Source: Psammoneis japonica (lineage: Eukaryota). Taken from it: a stretch of 64,000 nucleotides of DNA. Below the pieces are notes generated by a model. It made no database searches. It saw only the letters and a program-made list of their open reading frames with translations, and was not told the origin of the DNA. Where the stretch lies: the NCBI GenBank assembly GCA_008632985.1, contig QPGO01000001.1:652404-716403 (forward strand), in the 5' to 3' direction. The position numbers were made by a program, and so were the translations under genes. Positions 13,199-24,950 of this stretch are shown here, piece after piece; the first letter of the stretch is position 1, and every line of letters begins with the position of its first letter.

Positions 13199-14060
13199 AT
13201 TGATGACATCTTCCAACCATTTGTTTTCTTCCATCTGCCCACGAAGAGCCCATCTCCATGAAGAAGCTCTGCAAAGGCAATGCCACTTGGCCCACCCAAA
13301 AGAAAGTGTTGGGATGGATCATCAACACACCATCAATGACGTTGCAACTTATGCCATGTTCGCGTGACTGCCTCTGACAAACCCTGCACCATGACTTTCC
13401 TTGCACTCACAAATGTGCCACCGTCTTGGACTTTCAAAAGCTCTTGGGAGAGCTCCAGTTCCCAGCCCCACCTGGAGCCCACGGCCACTTCTTGGAACAC
13501 CAAAAAGCTCTCCAACACACCACTCCTGACTCATGCATTTGTCTTGCCTCCAATGCACACACCATCTTGGATGGCTTTTGTGACCTGTGTGCACATCTGC
13601 ATGTGTGCCCAGTCAGGATGCAGGAGCTGGCCCCACTCATGCCCGCCCTCACAGGTTGTCATGTCTCAGCGGGCCATGGTGCCAGAGGATTCTTTGTCCC
13701 TGCACCTGCTGTGGCACCTTGGGCAACCACCACACTGCACCCAGACAACAGCTGCCACCAAAAGACATCCACTGCACCAATGGTTTGGCTGATGCCTTTT
13801 CTCATGATGAAAAGTTGCCGTGCTTCTTGCAACCCACAAGAACCCCAGAGGATCCATGATGGGCACCCTTGCACCATGTGGCAATCCCATCTGTGGATGC
13901 AAAGCTGGCACCCCAAGGCCAAATGGATTTCCAACTTACCCACCAAGTCCATTTCTGCAAGAAGGAGGATCCACCGCCCAACAGAGTAAAACCTGTCCCC
14001 GTCGCTGCCCTCCAATGGATCATGGCCATTTTGCATTTTCACGACACAATGTCTCATCTG
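13198..14060 (+). pseudogene. DIRS-like (tyrosine-recombinase retrotransposon) relic: RT/RNase H fragment plus start of the YR region
   Basis: PISMKKLCKGNATWPTQKKVLGWIINT, FQKLLGELQF and KKEDPPPNRVKPVPVAALQW resemble diatom DIRS proteins; multiple frameshifts. Confidence 0.65.
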
Positions 14061-14546
14061 CTTGCAGCCTGCTCCAGCCTCACAATGTCACTTGGGATGC
14101 TGAATCACCAGAATGGATGGGTTTGATCACAAGGGAGGAAGATGGAGAGGCAAACATGAATGAATTGTGCACAAAAGTGTGGCATTTCGGTGACATCCAA
14201 GCACAAAAGTTTCTGGTAGTTTTCTGGAGTTTCTCTTCAAATCTTAAGCTTCAAGTGGCATAATCTTAGGGACTAGTCAAGCATTTACTACTAGTCAAAC
14301 TATCACAAAAATCGTCCAAATACTTACAATCAACGACAAGAGGCCATCCGGAGTCGTTTTTCGAGTTTTTTTTTCTCGAGCGAGTCGTTGGAGGAGTCAG
14401 TCGAAAAAATGCCTTTCTTTTCCGCGCGGGGGCACCTGTGTGCAAGGGATAATGGCAGCAGCAGTGAGAGTAGAAATAACTAGCTGCTGCAACTAGAATA
14501 GTTTCTGCAGTGGTGGCAAGAGGCATCGCCACGTAATGGATTCACT

Positions 14547-15923
14547 CTAATACAAGCTCGAGAAAACTGATGTTTTGGATGCTTCATCAGAAGGAATAAT
14601 TACGTCATCAGGGTAGTCTCCTGTTTCTGGAATTTCAGGCGGCTCAGCTTCTGCCATCATCTGGAAACGGAAGTATCGAGTCCAGTTAATAGAAGACTTG
14701 AAAGCAAGCAGCAACGGGTCTGGGTACGCTGCGATGACGTCTTCACCTTGAGGGGTCATCGTCGCAAGATCAATCTTCGCCGCAATCTTTCCTTCTGGAC
14801 GCTCTGCTCTTGGAATTGGCACCAAGATTCTGCCTCGAAGGTTGTCCTCTGGGCGGGGGTGCATCACCGCAGCTGAGGTGAGTCGAGTCGTTTCAAGTTC
14901 GACACGGAATTTTCTCCAAAGCGCAGCACCCGCTCCACCATCAGGCCCGTTTTTGTGTTCCAAGCAAAAGGCTGATGCTTTTATCACGTGACGCAAAAGT
15001 GAGGCTGATTTTCCAATGTCACCAGTATTTGCATCTTGAATTAGGTTCCGGCTCGTCGACGTTAGACCAATCCTGCTTGCAATGGCTTGAGCGCTGGCTT
15101 TTCCGGCAACATCGTTACACATGATGATAATCTCGTATGGGCCACCATTCCAGTTCCGGGCTTGGTCAGCTTCCATCACTGGCAACACAACAACACCAGG
15201 TTTCTTATCAAACCACTCCTCCTGCTCCAAAAATGACAGCAAATTGAAGGGTGACCGATTTATCCCGGAGGCCGGCGTTACGGATGAATATCCTTCTCTG
15301 ACACTCCCACAGACTGCTTTGCAGAGAGCAAACCTGTCTTGTTGAGTCTCGGATGGCATTCCGAGCACAGCAGCAGCTGCATACATCCAAGTATAGGCTT
15401 TTTTAATTTCACCGTTTTTGGGACATAAATGCGCCTTGTCCGCAAAGTTTGCCGTCTCGTCAAACGAGCACAATCGCACAGGTGTCAAGCCGTTGACCAG
15501 CATTCGATTTGAGCTTTTGGAAATACTTGTGGACAAGTCGAGGGCTTCTCGTCTGGTGGTGTTGAAGACAGTCGCAACATTGGTATCAAGAGCCGTTCTC
15601 TGCCCAATGAAAGCCTCCCAATTTCGTGATATCGTGGAAAAGTCGGCTTCCGAAAATGTCACCCACTCACTGTCCAACAGTTCCACCATTTTGCAATATG
15701 ATGATCCGGAAGTGACTCTTATCGATTCGGTAGAGAAAGCTAATATTCCTGCCAGAAGGACTGGCTCGTACACCGTTCCAAGAGTCAAAGATTCAGCCAG
15801 TCGTTGCTGAACAGAAACCACATCTTCGTCTCCGGCTTCCAAAGCTATCAGCAATGCAGACAAATCCAAAGGCTCGTGTTCGTGTTGCTGGTTCTCTTCG
15901 TCTGTGGTGTTGAAGTTCGACAT
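14547..15923 (-). CDS. Putative HNH-type endonuclease domain protein, 458 aa, intronless
   Basis: Open 1377-bp ORF with normal Tyr and TpA content. C...DKAHLCPK...INRSPFNLLSF...EEWFDKK...YPDPLLLAFKS fits the HNH_2/CR-effector-type nuclease pattern. Confidence 0.75.
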   Translation of the reverse strand: MSNFNTTDEENQQHEHEPLDLSALLIALEAGDEDVVSVQQRLAESLTLGTVYEPVLLAGILAFSTESIRVTSGSSYCKMVELLDSEWVTFSEADFSTISRNWEAFIGQRTALDTNVATVFNTTRREALDLSTSISKSSNRMLVNGLTPVRLCSFDETANFADKAHLCPKNGEIKKAYTWMYAAAAVLGMPSETQQDRFALCKAVCGSVREGYSSVTPASGINRSPFNLLSFLEQEEWFDKKPGVVVLPVMEADQARNWNGGPYEIIIMCNDVAGKASAQAIASRIGLTSTSRNLIQDANTGDIGKSASLLRHVIKASAFCLEHKNGPDGGAGAALWRKFRVELETTRLTSAAVMHPRPEDNLRGRILVPIPRAERPEGKIAAKIDLATMTPQGEDVIAAYPDPLLLAFKSSINWTRYFRFQMMAEAEPPEIPETGDYPDDVIIPSDEASKTSVFSSLY

Positions 15924-17029
15924 TTAGTAGAGCAAAGGCTCAGCGATGTAGGCAGGATCAGGATGCCTGATTCAAGTATTGAAGCGGCCAGAAGAAACAC
16001 AAACGCCGACCATCACAGATCACAGTCGGTCGTCAGTGAGTGTTGGGAAAGTTCACTCCGTGCGTGAAAGTTCTAGGGCCCTACCGGTACGTGAGAGTTG
16101 TAAAGTAATAGCTCGAATAATTCGATTAAATATTGTTGATTTTTGCTTGTCCGTCATCCGTCATCCGCGTTCTCCGTGCTTTTTGAGTGGGAAAAAAAAG
16201 CCGTCGACCATGATGAACGTGCTGTTCCGAGGTCGTCAATATAATAGTCTCTCTTGTCCCCAATAGAAGGACACTGTGTGGCGATTCCTCCTCAAATTTT
16301 TGATTTGAGTGATGTTTCTTACATTTTGCTGACTCACACAGCACATTCGCCTGCTGCCGTTGCCGCCGACAGAGTGCGAATGCACCCAAGACCTCACCAG
16401 CAGAGGTGCATGACACCATTGACTCCTTCATCGAACGATTTAATGAAGGAGTGTTGAATGGTTTCATCCCTGGAAATTCGTTCTGGCTTGTGACACAAGC
16501 CAGAACTTTTGTGTCACGATGCAAAGAGCAAGAGACGCACTTTCCCCGATGCCCTCCATTTTTCCAAGTTCTTAAAAATCGACGATGAATCATTTCTCAA
16601 AGCATGTGGGCAGCAGACCATGAAAAGCATTGAAGCCAAACACAGTCAACTAAAGACTGGTGACATTCATGGTGCAACTGTGTGGTCTCAATCACTTCAA
16701 AGCTGCTGCAGTGTCAAAGTCATCATGTGAGACTGCTGACGAAGAGAATCGGGTTCCTTTTGACAACGTAGAAGTCGGAAGTGCATGCAGGTCATCAAAC
16801 GATTCACACATTGATTTCTCTGCTCATTGTTCTTCTGGTGAATGTGCTGATGTGGGGCAACATGAGGACTCGAGAGTCAGCACTCGAGTCTCGGATGCAC
16901 GACAGCCAGGGAGCATGATGCCACCAATGAAAACGAGGTGAAGCTAGCTTCAGATGACAGAAGAATTGGTTTTGCATCCCCGCTCTATTTTATGACTTGA
17001 TTGTCATCCAACAGGTTGGACAAACAGGT

Positions 17030-17620
17030 CAAACACATTCTCTGACAGCAAGGAGAAGGCATCGGCACATGTCGCACTTGACAGCTGACACTTGAGACCA
17101 CACGAATGTGAGCGACATTTCTTGCCACAGCTCAAACCAAAAGCATGTCCAAGACAGAATGATCCCAACACAACTGTCAATCAAAGATTCAATCAAAGAA
17201 GTGCAAGCAACAAGAGGAAATGAATGAATGAACACCAAAGCATGGGTCGGTGTTAGTCACAAAACACCGACGCGAGACCACAAGAGTGCGGCCAATGTTT
17301 CTCGCCACAGATCACACAGAGAGCATGTCCAAGACAGGAGATGCTTTCGACATCTGTGACAAAGAGATGAAAGCAATGGGAGGCAACATGTGAGGTGTGC
17401 TGAACGAACAAACATCAAAGCATGGGTCGTGACAATTCCATGTTTTGCGGCCCTTCTTGCCAATGTGACAGTGCAATGTGTTTCTTGCCACAGATCACAC
17501 ACACAGCACACCCAAGACGGCGAGGACTTTTCGTGACTGTGTTTGGTTGATGCCATCAATGGGAGGTGTCAGAGGAGGTGAAATGAACAAATGAAATTCA
17601 AAGTGTGGGCGTTGCCGCTC
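17030..17620. repeat. Degenerate tandem repeat, ~180-bp period, about 3 copies
   Basis: tttctYgccacag...gcaYRYccaagac at ~17118, ~17298 and ~17481; caaagcatgggtcg at ~17237 and ~17416. Confidence 0.7.
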
Positions 17621-17892
17621 AGAAATGGCTGACAAACGATCAAAAACTTTGTCTCGATTTCCACACAATGACAACTCCATTTCTCACCAAGCCAAGGGTC
17701 TCACCTGACACTGCTCCTCCCAAAAGCAATGTGATTGTCTTCAATTGACAAAAACGATGGAGAACAGCTCAAACAAGGCCGAGTGTGAGTCGGCGCTGGC
17801 TTCAAGCTGCACATGCATGCTCGGGAAAAAGTCTGTCTGTGCCTGCTGGCTCAAAATTAATTCAAGGTTTCGCGCGACAGTCTGGCAGGCTT

Positions 17893-18168
17893 TGACAGGA
17901 TTTGAACAGGATTTGGGTGCGCGCGAAGTGTCGCGCGCTGTTTAGTTTACCGCGCACAGTTTTGTGTGCTTTGGTTCCGCACGTTCACGCGCGATGCAGT
18001 TTGCTTTCGAGCCACAAGGCTCACAAGGACAACAACAGCAGCCCGATTGTGCCAACTCACACGTCTTTCGGCTCCTGCAACGGTCTCTGAGCGGAGACTC
18101 ATCTGCCATTTAGACAGCAGTGAGGAGTTGTTGTTTGAATTCTTGCCATTTGCCTTCAATTTCTGTCA
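17893..18168 (+). repeat. 5' LTR of E2
   Basis: Matches the 3' LTR apart from ~18 substitutions. Confidence 0.96.
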
Positions 18169-18707
18169 GATTGACAGTCTTGCTCATTGTCAACCCATTG
18201 AGCAACCGCCATTGTCGTCGTTGATTTACCAACGATGCCATTTCAATCCCACGTGGACCTCCGCACATGTTCTACATACATCGGCAAGTCTGCGCGCATT
18301 CAATGCCAGGGCATCGGCAGGAAGTTAACGTCACCGTCAAGTCTCCTTGCCGCTGGACATCTGGATTGATTGTGCTGCCTTTGATCGCTGAAGACATGCA
18401 TTCAACGGTCACATCCAAGTCCATCCTTGATCAACATCCCTTGACACACCTGTTCCTCGGTTGACGGTCAAGAACCCTGCACATTCAAGGATCTCAGTCG
18501 CTGAAGACATGCACGCATGCACACATCTTCACGGCCAAGAACCTTTGCCCACTCTTCGGACTGCGGTTTTGCTGCCACTCTGCGAGCACACCGAGTCCAT
18601 TGCACCTGATCTACCCCGGACCACTGGTGCTCTACAGTTCCACCAGGTCCACGAGGACGACTGTGAGAGCAAGTGGCCGTGATTGCAGCCTGCGTTGGGG
18701 CGAGGGT

Positions 18708-19097
18708 GACGCGTTCCAGCCCCAGGTGGGACTCCGTGTGACATTGGGCCCGTAGAATTCTACGTGCGAGCTCCGTAGTACGAGAATTTAATTAATGGAC
18801 ACATTTGTCTTCAACATCAAATAAACGGCCAAGTTTGTGGTGCAATTATGCCTCTTACCACTCGACGTTTTTGCAACTTCGCCTGCCCTACGCGATTCTT
18901 AAGACATTGTAGAATCGCGCTGTAACAAAAAATGTCAAAAGTTGTTGGACGGATCACTCAATAAGTGCACCGTAAAATGACACAAAATGTCAAAAAAATC
19001 ACGTAGAAATCTACGTGCGCGACATACGACGAGACTCAAAAAACTGTCGATGTCACAGTTCAGCAGTACGAGGTCCCACCTAGACCTGGAACGCGTC
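18708..19097 (+). mobile_element. GAC-family MITE, subfamily A, young, inserted in the E2 5' UTR
   Basis: 390 bp; TIR GACGCGTTCCAG-N-AGGTGGGAC; TSD GGGT. The empty site is visible in the related element E3 near 29840-29860. Confidence 0.95.
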
Positions 19098-19501
19098 GGG
19101 TGCTTTCCCGCGTTTGTTCGTTCGTCCACAGCGCCTAACGCCTACGTCAACTGGCCAGCCTGATCGGGAAATCCAACCGACATAAAAACAAGAACGGTTC
19201 GGGGGTCTTGTCCACCTCTGGTCAGCTCACCTGCAGGGGTTTACAACCCGCCACTCGCTCGCAAGCAACCCAAAGCGCCGCTGGCTGCGGGTTCGGACGT
19301 GCCGGCACAACTCCACGGACCGGACAGGAAGTTCAGCACTTGACAACGAACGGGACAGCAAAGCCCGGCGACTTCTGATTTTAAGACAGTTCAAGATTTC
19401 AAGTCAAGTCTGTTTCAAGTCAAGTCCATTCTCACCCAAGTTTCGAGTCTGCCTTCGCTTCCCAACCAGAATTGATTGTCCTGACACCACTTTTGTCCAC
19501 C

Positions 19502-22500
19502 ATGGTTCTCACTCGTCAGCAACAAACCGATGGTTTCGAGCACGTTGTTGGAACCGTGCTTGCCCAAGGTGCTGGGAGTCCTCTTCGTTTGGCTTTGGCC
19601 CAAGACGGCACGGACTCGCATCAGGAACCATTCACGTTCATGCCGTCCCAAATCGACTCGCTTGAGTGCGACAACGGCACTGATGTGATCCCTTTGCCCC
19701 GTGGTTATAAGAACATGTTAGCAGCACCAGTTGGTCTGCACATTGTCAAAGCACACAAAGGTCTTGACGTTGCCAACGACTCCTCTTTGTTCGCGCATGA
19801 CGAGTTCCTTGCCCACCGCCTCAGCCCCGACTGCATGTCTTCTGTGTCCATCGGCAGCTCACCCCTTGCACCTCCGCATGTCACCAACCCGACCAAGGCA
19901 CGCGACCCGGTGCGGGACTTCAAGCGAGGCATCAAGCATGATCCAACCGCTTTCACGGCTCTCAAATCCGACAAGCAGTGGCACACTTGGCACACCTCAC
20001 TTGTGGCACAAGCCCGTGCCCAAGACGTCGAGTGCATTCTAGACTCGTCGTACAAACCGACCAGCCCCGAAGACAAACTGCTCTTTGCTGAACAGCAAAA
20101 GCACATGTTCGCCGTCTTCGAACGCATCCTTCTCACCGACAAGGGCAAGGCTCTCATTCGCGAAAATGTGGGGTCTTCTGACGCACAGACCGTCTGCCGC
20201 GCCTTGTCTGAGCACGCGCTTGCCTCCACCCGCGCATCCATCGAGTCCTCCACCCTGCTCACGTGCCTCACCACCGCAAGTCTTGGTGATGGTGCTTGGA
20301 AAGGTCCGACCCACGGGTTCATCCTTCATTGGCAAGATCAGTTGCGCAAGTGCGAGGCACTCATCCCGGCCAGTGACCACTTCTCTGAAGGACAGAAGCG
20401 CGTGATGCTCGAGAATGCCGTGCACCCTGTCGAGGAACTCCGTGCTGTCAAGAACCAAGCTGATCAGCATCGCACGCAAAGTGGCAAGAGCCTCACACAC
20501 GATCAATGCTGTGGCTTGCTCCTCTCCGCGGCAGCTCAGCACGACAGTGCGTTTCAACCCAAGACGACACCTCGAGCTCCCCGACGTGCCACATGCGCAC
20601 ACGACGTCCACTCCGAGGAACCGTCCGACAATGTGTTCTACGACATTGACAGCGACATTGACGTCCTTCAGGCCAATGCTGCCTGCACCCGCGGTCCCAG
20701 CCTCACCGGTGACCAATGGAGACGTCTCCCTCCCGACCACCAACGGATCTGGGATTCGTTGCCCGATTCCTCCAAGGCGATCATCCTTGAGCATTCTCGC
20801 CCGCCTCCCCGCAACCCGCGAGCCAGCAACTGCCATGAGTCTGTTGCGGCCAACCTTCACGACCAACGCCTTGGGAGTGACGGTGATGTCAACTTGTCCA
20901 ACACGACTCCTGCTGACTCTGGTGACTCCGCTCCAAATGTGGGTGCCACTTCGGACAATCCCATCCTGGCGCACCTCACCAAGCGCAAGCCACTGCCACC
21001 CGGTGATCTGCAATGTCTGTTGTCTCCTAACCAAGCCCCCAATGCCAGTCGACCGGGGCCATCCGCCGCTCCCTCTACCCCGCCAGCTTCTGCAGATGAC
21101 ACAGAACTTAACGGCCGCACTTGCCGCCGCGTTGACAACCACAATGTCATTTGCTCTGCCTCTGCTCATCGCTCCACCCGCACTGGTGCTCCAGTCGATC
21201 GTGGGGCCAACGGCGGCATTGCTGGCGACGACGTTCGCGTCATTGCACGCACCTCTCGCCAAGTCGATGTTCAGGGCATTGACGATCATCAATTGGTGGA
21301 CATTCCTGTTGTCACCGCTGGTGCCGTCATTGAGACCCAGCGTGGTCCCGTCATCGCCATCCTCCATCAGTGCGCATGCACGGGCAAGGGCAAGACCATC
21401 CATTCCTGCGGCCAGCTCGAATGGCACAAACAGGATGTCAACGATCGCTCTGTCAAGGTGCCCAACGGCTTGCAGCGCATTGCCACTCCTGATGGCTATG
21501 TCATCCCCATTGACATCAAGGCCGGCCTGCCTTGTGTTGCCATGCGACCTTACACTGACACCGAATGGGACACCCTGCCCCATGTCATCCTCACCGGTGA
21601 TGACACATGGGACCCTTCCGTCCTCGATCACTCTGTCACTGACGACGACCAGTGGTGTGACGCGATCTCTGACCCACAGGACGATCCCACTGCCAACCCA
21701 TTTGACGAATGCGGCAACTGCCGTCATCGTGTCGTTGTCAACAAGACCATCATGTCCGCTTCCTTGTCTGCCGATCACGCGTCCGCCCTCGATGATCACC
21801 TCATTCTGAACGACGACGTGTTCTGCGAGTGTCATCTACATGCGATTGACCCCAAGGGCGATGACGTTCCGCCTCCGGAGCGCACTGTACAGCCCAAGGA
21901 CCCCCCCTTCGAGTCTCTTCGGCCTCACTTTGGCTTCCCACCTGCCGATGCGGTCCGTCGCACTTTTGACTGCACCACGCAGTGCGCCCGCATGCCCGCC
22001 GGCACACACCTTGGGAAGGCCTGCAAATCACCCAACCCCGCCCTTAATGTGCACCGCCGCAACGAGCCTGTCGCCACTGACACCGTTTGTGCCGACACCC
22101 CGGCCGTCGACTCTGGCTGCACCAGCGCCCAACTGTTTGTTGGCACCGAGTCCACCGTCACTGACGTCTGCGGCACTGAGACGGACAAAGAGTTTGTCAA
22201 CACACTCGAGGATCAGATCCATGAACGTGGTGCCCCATCCAAACTCATTAGCGACCGTGCTCAAGTTGAGATCAGCAACAAAGTGCTTGGGATCCTACGC
22301 GCCCTCTTCATCTCCAGCTGGCAAAGTGAGCCTCACCAGCAACACCAAAACTTTGCCGAGCGTCGACACCAGACCGTGAAGCGCATGGCGAACACTGTCA
22401 TGGATCGTTTTGGTTCGCCCGCCCACACATGGCTGCTGGCGCTCATGTGCGTGTGCTTCACACTCAACCACACAGCGTCCCCACGTCTCCACTGGCGCAC

Positions 22501-24727
22501 GCCCCTCGAGACTCTCACTGGCTCCACCCCGGACATCAGCCCATTGCTTCGCTTTCACTGGTGGGAACCCGTGTGCTTCCACCTCGATGACTCCGATTGG
22601 CCGTCCGAATCCCGTGAGTTGCGTGGACGCTTCGTTGGCATTGCTGAGCACGTCGGCCACCAGATGACCTTCAAGATTCTATCTGACGACGAAGACACTG
22701 CCATTTGGAAATTTCGACGCATCGTGTCACACGAAGGACCTCTGAAGCCTCACGACCCAACCTGGAAAGGCTCAAGCTACAACATCATGCTTGAATGGGA
22801 AAGTGGGGAGATCACGTCCGAGCCTCTTGCCATCATCGCCAAGGACGACCCCGTCACCTGTGCCATCTACGCACGAGAGAACGGACTCCTTGACACGGAT
22901 GGCTGGAAGCGGTTCCGCACCATCGCGAGGCGCCAAAAGAAGCCATTTCGCATGGCCAACCAAGCCAAGCTTCGCTCCTTCTGCACTGCACCTCGCCACA
23001 AGCACGGATGCGAAGTTCCCCGGAACTGCAAACACGCCATGTCACTGGACGAACGCAACGGCAACCGCAAGTGGGGAGACGCAACTAATCTCGAGATGGA
23101 CCAACTCGACGAATACGAAGTCTTCCATGACTGCGGGCCCTTCAAGTCTTCCACTCCTCCTGCGGGACACAAGAAGATCCGAGTGCACCTGGTGTGCGAC
23201 GTGAAACACGACGGTCGCCACAAGGCACGACTCGTAGCCGACGGGCACCTCACGGACGTGCCTGTCGACAGTGTCCACTCCGGAGCAGTCTCCCTCCGTG
23301 GCCTTCGGCTGATGATTTTCCTGGCCGAACTCAACAAGTTGGAGACATGGGCCACCAACATTGGACCCGAATTTGGCAAACTCGAAGGACACATCCTTGT
23401 CATCCACAAGGCACTGCATGGACTGCGCAGCTCCGGTCTCCGCTGGCATGAGCGCTTCGCCGACTGCCTGCGAGCTGAAGGCTTCTTCCCCTGCCACGCC
23501 GAACCCGACATTTGGATGCGCAGGAACGGCGACCACTGTGAACACATTGCCGTTTATGTGGATGACCTCGCCATTGCCATGAAGGACCCTCAATCTTTCG
23601 TCGACACTCTCACGGAAAAGCACAAGTTCAAGCTCAAGGGTGCGGGACCCATTGAGTTCCATCTGGGTTGCGACTTTTCCCGGGATCCCGACGGAACCTT
23701 GTGCCTGTCTCCGCCCAAGTACATCGAGCGCATGGTCGACAGCTGCGCCCGACTGTTTGGGGAGAAACCCACCACCAATGCCCTGTCACCTCTGGAGAAG
23801 GGTGACCACCCCGAACTGGACACTTCCAAACTGCTGGGACCCGATGGCATTCACAAGCTCCAGTCTCTTGTTGGTTCACTCCAATGGGCAGTGTCCCTTG
23901 GTCGAATTGACATTGCCACGGCCGTCATGTCACTCTCTAGCTTCCGAGCTGCGCCCCGTCAAGGCCACTTGGATCGTGCCAAACGCGTCTGTGGGCACCT
24001 CTCCAAGATGCGACACGGTGCTCTCCGCGTTCGCACGGAAGAGCCCGACCACTCGGATCTCCCTGCTCCGGCCTGTGAATGGATGCATTCCGTGTGTGGC
24101 GAAGCAGAAGAGATGATCCCGAAGGACGCTCCACCGCCCCTTGGCAAGTTCGTCACTGCCACCCACTGCGTCGATGCAAACTTGCACCATTGCATGCTCA
24201 CCGGACGCTCTGTCATGGGAATGCTCCACTTCCTCAACAAATTCCAGGCTGATTGGTTCTCTGAGAAGCAAGCCACCGTGGAGACTGTGACCTGCGGGTC
24301 TGAATTTGTTGCCGCAAGGACTTGTGTTGAGCAGATTGTCGACCTGCGCATCACCCTGCGCTGCCTTGGCATCCCGATCCGTAATGTTAGTTACATGTTC
24401 GGTGACAACAAGTCAGTTGTAGACAGTGCCACCATCCCGCACTCCAAGTTACACAAGCGACACACCGCACTGTCGTTCCACCGTGTGCGTGAGGCAATTG
24501 CCTCTGGTCACCTTGAGTTCCACTTCATCGAAGGCTCCTGCAACCCTGCTGACATTCTCAGCAAGCATTGGGGTCACTCCCAAATCTGGGACCTTCTCCG
24601 CCCCCTCATGTTCTGGAACTTCATTCCATCCGAAGTCGAATCTGTTTCCGTGACTCCTCAAGCAAACTGGGGAGTGACAGGATTTGAACAGGATTTGGGT
24701 GAGCGCGAAGCATTGCGCGCTGTTTAG
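19502..24727 (+). pseudogene. gag-pol polyprotein frame of E2: open but almost certainly non-functional
   Basis: Protease (VDRGANGG), integrase, RT (YVDD) and RNase H are present. In-frame deletions relative to E1: 393 bp near 22687 and 51 bp near 23364, the latter removing the D-I-G-N-A-Y-L RT motif. Only ~11 Tyr in ~1740 aa. Confidence 0.92.
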
Positions 24728-24950
24728 TTTGCCGCGCACAGTTTTGTGTGCTTTAGTTCCGCACGTTCACGCGCGATGTAGTTTGCTTTCGAGCCACAAG
24801 GCTCACAAGGATGATGACAGCAGCCCGATTGTGCCGACTTACACGTCTTTCGGCTCCTGTGACGGTCTCTGAGCGGAGACTCATCTGCCATTTAGACAGC
24901 AGTGAGGAGTCATCGTTTGAATTCTTGCCATTTGCCTTCAATTTCTGTCA
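24675..24950 (+). repeat. 3' LTR of E2
   Basis: Preceded by aactggggag; followed by TSD GGCTT. Confidence 0.96.

Larger units (their letters stand above)
17893..24950 (+). mobile_element. Ty1/copia (CoDi-type) LTR retrotransposon, copy E2, with both LTRs
   Basis: 276-bp LTRs at 17893-18168 and 24675-24950 (TGACAG...CTGTCA). 5-bp TSD GGCTT at 17888-17892 and 24951-24955. Single gag-pol frame. Confidence 0.97.

Noticed and set aside
1..24950. Alternative genetic code (Tyr encoded by TGY/CAY) or RNA editing as the explanation for Tyr loss
   Set aside because: Island genes use TAY normally, non-coding LTRs and MITEs show the same changes, both strands are hit, and paired LTRs differ.
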